Positions 18,253 to 28,047 of a stretch of DNA of 64,000 bases are shown here, in pieces. The stretch is taken from contig JAKFCY010000003.1 in the NCBI GenBank assembly GCA_036676395.1, positions 480,001-544,000 of the forward strand. The letters run 5' to 3'. The stretch comes from Bdellovibrio sp. (lineage in GTDB: Bacteria > Bdellovibrionota > Bdellovibrionia > Bdellovibrionales > Bdellovibrionaceae). The translations under genes and the position numbers were made by a program. The notes under the pieces were generated by a model. The model saw only the letters and a list, made by a program, of their open reading frames with translations, was not told the origin of the DNA and did not search any database. Position 1 is the stretch's first letter, and each line of letters opens with the position of its first letter.

Positions 18253-19944
18253 CTATAAATATAATTCTTGGGTTGCAGGTGCAATAACATCTAACAAGTT
18301 ATTAAAAGTACTGGCAACTTGTGACGCTACTGCCGGGCCATCGCTACTATCAACTTTGGCGATATCGCCGTTTGGCTTATAAGATACTTTAATTGATCCT
18401 AAACCAGGACGGGTTACCGTTTGTGGTTTACCGAAGCGTTCTTCGTAATCGATCTTCACAACCTTTTTAGCTTGGTCTGTGATCGATTGAATGCGGCCTT
18501 TTAAATCGTAAGTCATATTGATCTTTTGACCATCGCTATTTTCAGCGTAAGTTAAATTACCTTTGCCATCATATTTAAAAGCTGTATTACGAATAGTTGT
18601 CGCTTTGCCTTTTTCGTTAATGAAACTTGTTTTAACAGTTGAGACACGTTTGATCGTCTGATCATAAGTGTATTCAAGTTTTGCCGAAGAAGTCGTTTTA
18701 GTTTTAGGTAAACCATCAGCAAAGTATTCGAAATCAATACGGTCATTATTGATTTTGATTGTTACTGGTTTGCCGAAAGTGTCATGGTATGTGATATCGC
18801 GGATTGAACCATTTACGTTTGTTAACAAACGCGATAACACCACTTGGCCATTAGGCAATTGTTTGTGCCAAAATTCATAACGGTTAGTCGCTAAAGTTTG
18901 TTTGCCACACACTTTAGTTGCTGTTGACCAATAGTTAAATTTTGGATTTGAAGTCGAAAATTCGTACTTATAGCTTTCATTACATTTATCACGGTCGGTA
19001 AAAGATAAAACCCAGTCTTTTACATTGTCGTACTTGATCGCGATTGATGTCTTATCTGGCCAGTTAGCTTTTGTTAAGTTATGAAACTCATTGTACTCGT
19101 AAGTGTAGACATCAGTTTCTTTTTTCGCCCAGGCATTGCGATTCCAGATTAAATCTTCTTGCTGATTATATTTGTATTCAGTCATCAAGCCATTTGGGCC
19201 AGTGATGCGTTGAACTTTTTTATTCGGAAAATATTTAAAAACTAATTTGCGTGAATTGTTGTCAGAGATTTCTGTTAATAAATCTTTTTGGTATTCAAAT
19301 TTTAAATAGTTTCCGTTTTTGTCATACATATGTGTTAGGCGGCCTTCACCATCGAAACGTTGCATGCTGCCATCTGGAAGAGTGCGCGTGTATACACCCT
19401 TACTTAAAATAACATTTTCAACTTCTTTGGCATTAGCCATGTATTTGGTGCCTTCTTTAACGGGCACGATAATACCGAATTGGCGCGCGTATTGTGAACG
19501 TACTTCAGAATCATCGTAAAGCTGAACTTCGATGTTTTTCCAGTATTCAGATGCGTTCGAACTTAATTTTTTATCAGCACGCATTTTTGTGATGATTTGT
19601 TTGATTGAACTCTCAACGTCTTTTTTAGTTAATTCACGAGCTGAATAAACGATTTCTTGACCATCACCACATTCAGAGATTTTAAGATTACCCTCTGGAG
19701 TTGTTTCTAGTCTTGTTTCAAATTCAGAGCACCAACCGAAACCAAATAATCCAATATAGATAGTACGACTTTTATACGCGCGAAGTACGCGCATATCATA
19801 ACCAGTTCCTGGCACTTCTAAGTCAGTCCAAGTATTTGAATAACCAGCGTTATTCATATCTACTAAAGCATGTGCTTTTTCAGTTAATGTTAACGTTGCA
19901 AAAGTCGCTGCGACTGCAAGAAGAACATTCCATGTCTTCATCAT
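18253..19944 (-). CDS. RHS/YD-repeat protein (Bd0109/WapA-like)
   Basis: Signal peptide; RAYKSR..GLFGFGW (DUF6531-like); repeated YD motifs (YDGKGNL, YDLKGRI, YNEFHNL); no C-terminal toxin domain. Confidence 0.88.
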   Translation of the reverse strand: MMKTWNVLLAVAATFATLTLTEKAHALVDMNNAGYSNTWTDLEVPGTGYDMRVLRAYKSRTIYIGLFGFGWCSEFETRLETTPEGNLKISECGDGQEIVYSARELTKKDVESSIKQIITKMRADKKLSSNASEYWKNIEVQLYDDSEVRSQYARQFGIIVPVKEGTKYMANAKEVENVILSKGVYTRTLPDGSMQRFDGEGRLTHMYDKNGNYLKFEYQKDLLTEISDNNSRKLVFKYFPNKKVQRITGPNGLMTEYKYNQQEDLIWNRNAWAKKETDVYTYEYNEFHNLTKANWPDKTSIAIKYDNVKDWVLSFTDRDKCNESYKYEFSTSNPKFNYWSTATKVCGKQTLATNRYEFWHKQLPNGQVVLSRLLTNVNGSIRDITYHDTFGKPVTIKINNDRIDFEYFADGLPKTKTTSSAKLEYTYDQTIKRVSTVKTSFINEKGKATTIRNTAFKYDGKGNLTYAENSDGQKINMTYDLKGRIQSITDQAKKVVKIDYEERFGKPQTVTRPGLGSIKVSYKPNGDIAKVDSSDGPAVASQVASTFNNLLDVIAPATQELYL

Positions 19945-19985
19945 TAAAAACCTCGTGTGTCTTAATTGGCCTCATTTTTAAGGCG

Positions 19986-20861
19986 CTACACTTTTATTGT
20001 AACAACTTTTTTGATTACTATCCCACCAATAATTTGCAAAGCTAGCATAACAGCCAGCATGATTATGCCCAGAGTGGTCTCAAACATCGGCTTAATAAAT
20101 TCAGGGTCTAGGATAAAGAAAACAAAGCCCATAACAAATGGAATGCACGAAACGATGATTCCCTGCATGATACCTTGGGCTGTCATTGCAGAAATTTTCT
20201 TTTCTAATTTTTGGCGTTCACGAATTGTTGAGACTATGGTCTGGAAAGTTTCAGCCATGTTGCCGCCAGTTTCTTTTAAAATCACTACGGCAGTTACAAA
20301 CATCTGAACGTCGGGGCGTGGAATACGTTCGGCTAAGTCGGTTAAAGCTTCTTCGTAACTTTGACCGAATTGAGTTTGCGTTAATACCTGGTTAAATTCT
20401 GCTTTAACGGGATTAGCCATAATTTCTACAACGCGCGCCATAGTTTGTTGCGGATTCGATCCTGATTTTACCCCATTGGCCATAATAGTTAAGGCATCGA
20501 CCATTTGCCCGACAAAGGCATTGCAACGACGTTCGTAAAGATTTTTATAAACTAAAGGTAATACTTGAAAGCCTGCGATGCCCATTGAGGCACCAAAGAA
20601 AAATCCAAGCGTGGCATTTGGCCAAACTAAAGCAAAAAACAATAAACCAACGCCTAAACTTGAAATCAGTTGCAGTCGAATCACTTTTTTTTCATCGACA
20701 TCCATACCAAGCATTTTCATGTGCATCATGATTTCAGATTTTTTGGCAGCTCCACTGCGGCCAATGCGGCCAAACAGCGTATCGGCGTACATATACACAG
20801 CAAAAAATACAGAAATTCCAAACAATGGAAAGACTAGCCATTCATGTCTAAAAATATCCAT
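19986..20861 (-). CDS. tadB: Flp pilus assembly platform protein TadB (T2SSF family)
   Basis: DALTIMANGVKSG, ETGGNMAETF..I..TIRER, C-terminal TM helices. Confidence 0.88.
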   Translation of the reverse strand: MDIFRHEWLVFPLFGISVFFAVYMYADTLFGRIGRSGAAKKSEIMMHMKMLGMDVDEKKVIRLQLISSLGVGLLFFALVWPNATLGFFFGASMGIAGFQVLPLVYKNLYERRCNAFVGQMVDALTIMANGVKSGSNPQQTMARVVEIMANPVKAEFNQVLTQTQFGQSYEEALTDLAERIPRPDVQMFVTAVVILKETGGNMAETFQTIVSTIRERQKLEKKISAMTAQGIMQGIIVSCIPFVMGFVFFILDPEFIKPMFETTLGIIMLAVMLALQIIGGIVIKKVVTIKV

Positions 20862-20873
20862 ACGCTATCCTCA

Positions 20874-23087
20874 CTATCCCGCTTTTTTAGGCGGTGTAGT
20901 TGTTGTTGTACCTGGAGTTGCAGGTTTAGCTGCGGTAGCTGCAGGTTGAACCGGAGTTGCAGGTTTTACTTCATTCGAAAAGATTTCCATCGGGATGTTT
21001 CCACCCTTGTCTTTAATTTCTTGAACAAATGATGGAACCGTACCAGTTGCCTGGAACTGACCAATGATTTTTCTATTTTTATCGTAGCCGGTTTCTTTGT
21101 ATCTAAAAATTTCAGCTAAGGTAACAACATCACCTTGCATACCAACCACTTCGGTAATGCTGATGATTTTACGTGTACCATCAGACATACGCACGATCTG
21201 AATAATTAAATCTACGGCACCGGCGATTTGTTCGCGAATGGCCCGCATTGGTAAATCTAATCCAGACATCATCACTAGTGTTTCTAAACGAGCAATACAT
21301 TCACGTGGTGAATTGGCATGTGTCGTTGTCATTGAACCATCATGACCTGTATTCATCGCCTGTAACATATCTAAAGCAGCGCCATCGCGCGTTTCTCCGA
21401 CCACGATACGGTCAGGACGCATACGTAAGGCATTCTTAATTAAATCACGAATAGTAACTGCGTTGGTGCCTTCCATTGAAGGCGGGCGCGTTTCTAAGCG
21501 CACAACGTGCTCCTGCATAAGTTGTAATTCGGCAGCATCTTCCACCGTGATTACGCGTTCATGCACTGGAATCCAAGAAGAAATCATATTTAATAACGAT
21601 GTTTTACCTGAACCGGTACCGCCGCTGATAACAACGTTGTAACCATATTCAACCGAAATACGCATGAACTCGAGCATGTTTTTAGTAGCACTGCCGTATT
21701 CAATGTATTTTTCTGGATTGATTCCGCCTTTTTTAAATTTACGAATTGTTAATGCCGGGCCATCTAATGATAAAGGTTCAATTACTGCATTCACACGTGA
21801 TCCATCTTTAAGACGGGCATCCACATATGGAGTTGCATTATTAATCTGACGACCTAGGGGTGTAACAATACGCTCGATGATACGGCGTAAATGATCATTT
21901 GAAGTAAATTTAATTCCGCTGAGCTGCACTTTGCCAGATTTTTCAATAAAGATACGGTTCGCGCCATTCACCATAATCTCAGAGATTGATGGATCAGCTA
22001 ACATATCTTCTAGCGGGCCAAGCCCTAAAGCTTCTTCTAAAACTTCTTTAGTTAATTTTTGACGATCTTCCCGAGATAAATCCGGCGCTTCTTTATCTAC
22101 GATTCCAGAAATATCACGTTGAGTTTTAGTGCGTAATTCTTTTTCTTTGCTTTCGCCTTCATTGGCTTCAGCTAAGATTTTTTTTAAATCGATAGTGCGG
22201 ATCAGTTCAGAATGCACACGCAATTTTGTAACAATCCAGGGATCCATGCCTTTGGCAACAAGTTCGCCACCGCCACCAGCTGCAGAAGCCGCCGAAGGGG
22301 CAACCGAAGGTTTCGGCTTTTGCATGCTTTTAAGACGCTGTAAAGTTCCGCCAGATAGTTTTCTGACGAAATCAAAATACGCCGAAGAAATTGGAGATTT
22401 TGGATTTACGACAACGAATGGTTTTGATTGTGAAATCGAACTCATCGTCGTAGCTTCATCAGAAGGAATCATCGCCATCGGTGACAGCCCTAAATGTTGG
22501 GCGATCATTGCCGGCTGTAGGCCATTAGGCCCAACCTTATTTATAACTAATTGAAACATTTCACGCGGAATTGATTGCGTCATTAATTCATTGATCATTC
22601 TTTGTGTTTGCTGCACCACTAGAATCTCGGGTGTCGCAATGATAGCAACAGCCGTAGCATCTGCTAAAATAGTATTTTGCATTGGCCCTAATTCATTACC
22701 GCAATCGACTACGATAAATTTAAAACTGCGCGAAAAAAATTCGATAAGCTTTGATAAGTTTTCTGGATTAACACTTAAAATTTCTTCTGGTCCACGTACA
22801 GCACCTAAATATGAAAAACCTGCTGGATGTTGAGTCACGATCTGTTGAATTGGAGTAGAATTCAAAGACGCCGTCGAGGTCGCTAGTTCGCGTAATGTTT
22901 TAAGAGGTTTAAGACCTGTAATGATATTTTGATCGCCAACACTTTTGGTGTCGCAATCAATTAAAAGAACCGGAGTTCTTAGCTCGGCAGTGATGGCTGC
23001 GGTTAAATTGGCAGCGAATACGGATTTACCGACGCCACCTTTACCGCCGACCACAGCGATTAATGCACAGTTTGAATTTATGGCCAC
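20874..23087 (-). CDS. tadA: CpaE/TadZ-CpaF/TadA fusion pilus ATPase
   Basis: N-terminal ParA-like GGKGGVGKS; C-terminal GLGPLE, GGTGSGKT, RMRPDRIVVGE, AMNTGHDGS. Confidence 0.93.
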   Translation of the reverse strand: MAINSNCALIAVVGGKGGVGKSVFAANLTAAITAELRTPVLLIDCDTKSVGDQNIITGLKPLKTLRELATSTASLNSTPIQQIVTQHPAGFSYLGAVRGPEEILSVNPENLSKLIEFFSRSFKFIVVDCGNELGPMQNTILADATAVAIIATPEILVVQQTQRMINELMTQSIPREMFQLVINKVGPNGLQPAMIAQHLGLSPMAMIPSDEATTMSSISQSKPFVVVNPKSPISSAYFDFVRKLSGGTLQRLKSMQKPKPSVAPSAASAAGGGGELVAKGMDPWIVTKLRVHSELIRTIDLKKILAEANEGESKEKELRTKTQRDISGIVDKEAPDLSREDRQKLTKEVLEEALGLGPLEDMLADPSISEIMVNGANRIFIEKSGKVQLSGIKFTSNDHLRRIIERIVTPLGRQINNATPYVDARLKDGSRVNAVIEPLSLDGPALTIRKFKKGGINPEKYIEYGSATKNMLEFMRISVEYGYNVVISGGTGSGKTSLLNMISSWIPVHERVITVEDAAELQLMQEHVVRLETRPPSMEGTNAVTIRDLIKNALRMRPDRIVVGETRDGAALDMLQAMNTGHDGSMTTTHANSPRECIARLETLVMMSGLDLPMRAIREQIAGAVDLIIQIVRMSDGTRKIISITEVVGMQGDVVTLAEIFRYKETGYDKNRKIIGQFQATGTVPSFVQEIKDKGGNIPMEIFSNEVKPATPVQPAATAAKPATPGTTTTTPPKKAG

Positions 23088-23123
23088 AAATACTCCTTTG
23101 GGCTACCGCCGCCGAGGGCATAA

Positions 23124-24722
23124 CTAATCTTTGAATCTAAATTTTTTCTTCACTTGTTCAACGCCGGCACTTGCTGAAGATTTAATAATTGGCGTTACGA
23201 ACAAGACATAATTATTGGTACTTTTTGTATAACTTTTTCCGTGATTTAAAGTCACGATCGCACCGGCACCCGTTGGGCCCCCGAACTGATTTTCACTTTT
23301 CTTTGAAATGATTCCGGCAATCGCCGCACTTTGACGGCTGCGCACTGAAACTTGTGTGGCTACCGTAGTTTTTGGACCCATTGATAAACCGGTACCATTG
23401 GTAACAACTGTAATTCCTGTTTGAACTAATTCAGAACGTTCCGACATAATTGTTGGCGAAGCCAAAGTTAGCGTCAGCTCAAATACTTGCTGAGAAGCAG
23501 TAGCTGGTTGGCCAACTTGTGTTGCTCCGTTATTAAGACCAAACGTACGTGTTAAACTAGCCGACTGGTTTTTATCTTGTGTCAATAAAGACGCGGTATC
23601 TAATAAGCGCACATAGCCATGAGTTCTTGCCCAGTTTAATTTCGGTAGCAAATTATCTACGATCGAAGCTAATTCACTGATGCTGCCGGGAGCATTGGCT
23701 TGGCCTTGCGTTTGTGATTCGCCTAAACCACGCAGTGACGGAGAAAAAGTGAAATTGAAATTTCTTAAATAACGTTCGGCATATTCAACTACGTGAATTA
23801 CCACTTGGATCATTTTTGGCGGTGGCGTAACTTTATCTTCGGCTTTACGTACTTGGATTAAGTTGATGACGTACGCGCCAATATCAGTTTGCGGTTTACG
23901 ATCAACGATTTTTACACTGGTTGCTAATGTGGCTTCAAAGCCTGTATCTTGCACGATGTCTGGCAAATACAGTAAGACCACATCGTTGATACGATTTTTT
24001 TCTTCGATCGAATTTACGAAACCCTCAAGCCTGATAAAATCACCAATCGAAGTGACTGTGATTTCGGGGTTATTAATATCACGAGCAATATATTCTACAA
24101 TTTTTTTCTTAGCGAGTGGGCTTAAGCCGACAAGACTTACCACGACTCCGCCGAACTGGGTAATAACCTGACCTATACGTTTTAAATCTTTAGGCAATAA
24201 AACAAAACCATCTAAAATAATTTTTCCGTTTACTATTTTATATTCAATGCCTTCGATATCATTTAGAAGAGCTTGGGTTTCGCGTAACATTTTTTCAATC
24301 GTTTGATCACGAATATCAATACGTAACTCAACTAAAATTTGTCCGGTTTTTTTATTGTGAATAGTGACAATCCCATTACCAATTCTTTGTGGTAGAATCC
24401 TGAAAGTGTCAGTGTTTTTAATACGTTGCAAATCAATAAGTTCAACGCCACCACCTTTATAAGTGAGTGGAATTTCAGGAATTGAAATTTCTTCGTCGTG
24501 TTTCATGCCGGCGATCAAATTTAAATGTCTGCGAATTCTTTTTTTGTTGGGTTCTGCTGATAAGATTTTAACTGTAGTGCCGCCGCCTTCTTCAACCTCT
24601 TCGTAAACAGGTTTATCTGCGGCTGCAGCAAGCGTATTGAGTGCAGAACTAGATTGTGCATACGCAAATTGAAATGCGAAATATAAAATAAAAAATAAAC
24701 GTATCCGTACGCTTTTTAGCAT
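23124..24722 (-). CDS. Flp pilus secretin-like protein (RcpA/CpaC) with BON domain
   Basis: Signal peptide, BON-like IRLEGFVNS.EEK segment, MIQVVIHVVE and VLFVTPII secretin-type boundaries; lies between cpaB and tadA. Confidence 0.75.
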   Translation of the reverse strand: MLKSVRIRLFFILYFAFQFAYAQSSSALNTLAAAADKPVYEEVEEGGGTTVKILSAEPNKKRIRRHLNLIAGMKHDEEISIPEIPLTYKGGGVELIDLQRIKNTDTFRILPQRIGNGIVTIHNKKTGQILVELRIDIRDQTIEKMLRETQALLNDIEGIEYKIVNGKIILDGFVLLPKDLKRIGQVITQFGGVVVSLVGLSPLAKKKIVEYIARDINNPEITVTSIGDFIRLEGFVNSIEEKNRINDVVLLYLPDIVQDTGFEATLATSVKIVDRKPQTDIGAYVINLIQVRKAEDKVTPPPKMIQVVIHVVEYAERYLRNFNFTFSPSLRGLGESQTQGQANAPGSISELASIVDNLLPKLNWARTHGYVRLLDTASLLTQDKNQSASLTRTFGLNNGATQVGQPATASQQVFELTLTLASPTIMSERSELVQTGITVVTNGTGLSMGPKTTVATQVSVRSRQSAAIAGIISKKSENQFGGPTGAGAIVTLNHGKSYTKSTNNYVLFVTPIIKSSASAGVEQVKKKFRFKD

Positions 24723-24726
24723 GCCC

Positions 24727-25596
24727 CTACTTGCCCGGAGAAAAACCCCCAGCTCCATTATTTAAGTTTGGCTGAATTGGCTGAGAAAAGCCACTGGACT
24801 GTCCCATTGTCTGGTTGATCGCTTTTTGCTGAATACTTTCGGCCGTTGAAGACGGAAGTCGAGGTACTGCTTTGCGATCATGAGGGTTTCTAAGTAAGAA
24901 AAATAAACTACTCGGATTCGTTGAAACCAAAAACACTAAGTCTTGAGCATCACTGGAATTTACTTCGATAGTTACGTTTCCGTATTTTGTATCGCCAGTC
25001 AGGGTCGTTTGAATTAGACCTCGACCTGCCGGATCTTTTTCAATTGTACGCGGGATGGTGTTATTTAAATTCACACCGGTCGCCAAAATAATAATATCTT
25101 GCATAAGTAATACGACCTCACGCTTTTGCGCAGCCCCTTTGCCGGTATCAACCACAGCGTAAATATCTACGCGGTCACCAGGGCGGATTAAGCCACCATT
25201 AGCACGTGTTGGATCTACAGGGATAGTTACTGCACGTTTATTTGGTGATACTTGAATGGCCATGCCAGTATCTGGGCCTGGCTCTAAAACTTTATTTTTA
25301 GTTAAGGTTTGACCTTTTTTAATCGGAATCGCCGCGACTGTACCAACAACATCAGGAATATCGCTGAACGAATCTGGCTCTACATCACTTTTATATTTTT
25401 CTACGACTTCTAAAACGTTGTCATAGATAGTGTCAAGATCACGAATGTCTTCTTTAGCAACAACGACACGAGTCTTTGCGCCAAGCTGTTTATCTACTTC
25501 TGCTTTTTTTTCTTGAGAGTAAGTATAGAGCATAAAGGTCGCAAAAATTCCTGCTCCTAGAGATATCCATAAATTTTTTGACTCATTTGGTCCCAT
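24727..25596 (-). CDS. cpaB: Flp pilus assembly protein CpaB/RcpC
   Basis: SAF domain VVVAKEDI; RAVTIPVD...GGLIRPGDRVDI. Confidence 0.92.
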   Translation of the reverse strand: MGPNESKNLWISLGAGIFATFMLYTYSQEKKAEVDKQLGAKTRVVVAKEDIRDLDTIYDNVLEVVEKYKSDVEPDSFSDIPDVVGTVAAIPIKKGQTLTKNKVLEPGPDTGMAIQVSPNKRAVTIPVDPTRANGGLIRPGDRVDIYAVVDTGKGAAQKREVVLLMQDIIILATGVNLNNTIPRTIEKDPAGRGLIQTTLTGDTKYGNVTIEVNSSDAQDLVFLVSTNPSSLFFLLRNPHDRKAVPRLPSSTAESIQQKAINQTMGQSSGFSQPIQPNLNNGAGGFSPGK

Positions 25597-25607
25597 AATT
25601 CTCCCGC

Positions 25608-26126
25608 CTACTTACTACATTCGGCATTTAAACAGATTCCATAAACGGTCTTGACCCATATTTCTGCTGTTGTAGGCGTATCTCTGGACGTAGGTACGAA
25701 TAGAGAACCGGCACTCCAGACACCATCACTGTCTTTATCAACAAATTTATGGCTGGATTCTGCAATATTAATATTTGCAGTGAAAGTTACTGGACGAACA
25801 GTTGCTGGCCAAATGTCGCGTTGTTCAGTAGGCACATTACCATCTTGAATTGTGCCGTGCACACGATTCTGAGCTTTTAGATAATTAATTTTATATTCTG
25901 CTCCGGGGCGAAAATACATTAAGTTAGAGCGAAAACGAAAAGTTTCCATTGTGTAATTGTACGAGGCGATTGAGTTTAAAATGCCTGAGTGAACGGCTCC
26001 GAAAAATCCCAGTGAAAAATTAAATAAAATTACAATCGTAAATAGAACCGGAATAGACTCGATCAGGGCCATGCCACGTTCAGTTTTTTTAAAGGTGCGC
26101 GGTCGGCTGAGACGTTTGTTTTTCAT
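25608..26126 (-). CDS. TadE-like minor pilin
   Basis: Basic leader with class III cleavage site ERG/MALIE. Confidence 0.75.
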   Translation of the reverse strand: MKNKRLSRPRTFKKTERGMALIESIPVLFTIVILFNFSLGFFGAVHSGILNSIASYNYTMETFRFRSNLMYFRPGAEYKINYLKAQNRVHGTIQDGNVPTEQRDIWPATVRPVTFTANINIAESSHKFVDKDSDGVWSAGSLFVPTSRDTPTTAEIWVKTVYGICLNAECSK

Positions 26127-26127
26127 C

Positions 26128-26823
26128 TTAGCACCCATTGTCTTCTATAGGTGCGTAAGCCGTGTCAGCGCTGCCTGATAGTGATTTCCAGGGAGTAGAT
26201 TGCACTCCAGAATTTTCTTGAGGCAAAATTTTTACACCTTGAGTAAATTTATTTTTAAAAAAATTAGTGCATTCTACCGTAGACGGGTGACGAAATAAAA
26301 TTCCGCGTATTGGAAATTTAAATTCGTCAGGTGTGTCAGTAATTTTTCCTAAAAATGGAATATTCAATCCACTCAGTAGTTTTAGTTCTATAGTTGATTC
26401 AACACCGATCCATGGATGACGAACTTCTCCGCCTGGTTCAGCTGCATTTGCTGCATCAATTGCGCTATCCTTTTTTTTAATGCTGTCAGCAATATCACCT
26501 ATGACCAGGTCGCCTTTGTCTGCGACGGTTGGCATTTTAAACCAAGGTGAGTCTGATCCATTTCCTGTTAATAATGGAAATGCAGCTGTTAAATTCTCAT
26601 ATTTAGTTTCGCCAGCTTTTATGGCTGAGTCGGGATCGATGTTTCCCACTGCGTGAGCGCGGGCTGTAGACCAAACGATATATTGCGCGATTTCTACAGT
26701 AGTTAAGGCAAATGTTAAGGCAAAAATTAATATGCCCGAGCCAATCACCATAGTGAACGCAAATAAAAATTCTGCGGTCATAAAACCAGATTGGTTATGA
26801 ATAAGCCTGTTACTTTTTTTCAC
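26128..26823 (-). CDS. TadE-like minor pilin
   Basis: NQSG/FMTAEF class III site followed by a hydrophobic helix. Confidence 0.75.
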   Translation of the reverse strand: MKKSNRLIHNQSGFMTAEFLFAFTMVIGSGILIFALTFALTTVEIAQYIVWSTARAHAVGNIDPDSAIKAGETKYENLTAAFPLLTGNGSDSPWFKMPTVADKGDLVIGDIADSIKKKDSAIDAANAAEPGGEVRHPWIGVESTIELKLLSGLNIPFLGKITDTPDEFKFPIRGILFRHPSTVECTNFFKNKFTQGVKILPQENSGVQSTPWKSLSGSADTAYAPIEDNGC

Positions 26824-27140
26824 AGTCTACTCGGATCTGAACTTAAAGCCCGGCTAATTGAATTTGGATGACATTGCGATAGATTTTGTTTTTTCTTATT
26901 AGCGCCCAAACCTTCGCAGGCTTCGCGAAAAGTTCCAAAACCGGTCATGTTGCGCATGCTTTTTACAGGACCTGTAAAAAGTTTTGAAATCATTTTTTTT
27001 TCTTTGATGACTCCGGTGACAAACATAAATACTCCGACCAGCAGAGCAGTAAGAAGAACGGCTTCAATAGCAAATTGCCCACGCTGATTGCGCGGAGCTG
27101 CTAAGAGTTTAGTCTTTCTTTTCCCACGGCACGCGTTCAC
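26820..27140 (-). CDS. Minor pilin/pseudopilin
   Basis: NQRG/QFAIEA class III site; start moved to GTG 27140, which has GGAGG 5 nt upstream. Confidence 0.75.
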   Translation of the reverse strand: MNACRGKRKTKLLAAPRNQRGQFAIEAVLLTALLVGVFMFVTGVIKEKKMISKLFTGPVKSMRNMTGFGTFREACEGLGANKKKQNLSQCHPNSISRALSSDPSRL

Positions 27141-27315
27141 TGTCGCCTCCGGTGTTAGGATAAGGTTTGAAGCCACTACCTGTCGCTAGCTGCGTTTCTA
27201 CACGCGCTCCTAATTTAACGCTTCCTTTGTTGAAGCCATCTTTAGGCGCTTTTAACAAAGCGGGCATCAAAACGAGCCCGGCCAGTGCTAAAAGTACGAC
27301 ATACTCAATTGTCAT
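27109..27315 (-). CDS. Flp-like pilin lacking a leader peptide
   Basis: MTIEYVVLLALAGLVLM pilin N-terminus; in-frame stop two codons upstream. Confidence 0.65.
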   Translation of the reverse strand: MTIEYVVLLALAGLVLMPALLKAPKDGFNKGSVKLGARVETQLATGSGFKPYPNTGGDSERVPWEKKD

Positions 27316-27322
27316 AAGTTAA

Positions 27323-27523
27323 TTACTCAACTGATTTTTGAACAGATGTATCGATGCTTGAACCAAGTCTTTCAGTCGTTTCAGTTAACTTAGTTTTAAT
27401 TTTACCACCAAACATCATTACTAAACCAACTACAACGGCAACTAATAAGATGTACTCAGTAGCACCTTGACCACGGTTATTTTTTAAAGATTTTCTTGCG
27501 AATTTTCTTAATGAAGTTAGCAT
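27323..27523 (-). CDS. flp: Flp major pilin
   Basis: NNRG/QGATEYILLVAVVVG Flp motif; SD aaggag. Confidence 0.92.
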   Translation of the reverse strand: MLTSLRKFARKSLKNNRGQGATEYILLVAVVVGLVMMFGGKIKTKLTETTERLGSSIDTSVQKSVE

Positions 27524-27555
27524 ATTTTGCTCCTTAGTTACGTTTTACAATGGTT

Positions 27556-27583
27556 TTATCGACTTAATTTAAGAAAAACTTAA
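27556..27583 (-). promoter_or_regulatory. Putative sigma28 (FliA) promoter of the flp/tad operon
   Basis: Minus strand TTAAG-N15-GTCGATAA, 33 bp upstream of the flp start. Confidence 0.65.
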
Positions 27584-28047
27584 CTGGAATAAAGGCTTAT
27601 TTCCTCTCAAAAAGCGAGTAACCGTTGTCCTCCATAATAAATGTCCAATTATGAGACGTCAGAAGGGCTGTCGCCAAAGATTCGGCTTGTGCACTCAGCA
27701 CGTAATCGATTTGGTGTTGGTTTAAGAAGCTTGGGCATCAATAAAAATTTGATTAGGTTGGCTGTAAATTAAAAACGAGCCTAACAGCCAACTATTAAGT
27801 ACGAGCTTCACTGATGCCAAACACGAGTGGCAGTCAATTATTTTTATGTAAAAGCTGTGGATAATGTACTAACCTAACACGATGTAAAAAGAAAATGAAT
27901 TAGATAGAAAAGTTAGTGTTTAACATTCATTCAAGCATAATAATTTTTTTTAATTTAAACACTAAAATAACTACCCAGACCTTGGCCCAGAATACAGAAT
28001 AGCTCTTACTATGACCTAACATCAGCTTTAACATTGATAAATTAACG

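Noticed and set aside
18253..19944. RHS polymorphic toxin with immunity gene
   Set aside because: No PxxxxDPxG core end or toxin domain; the downstream gene is a Bd0108-like secreted protein
27856..27960. Replication origin
   Set aside because: Only one DnaA box and no dnaA/dnaN/gidA context
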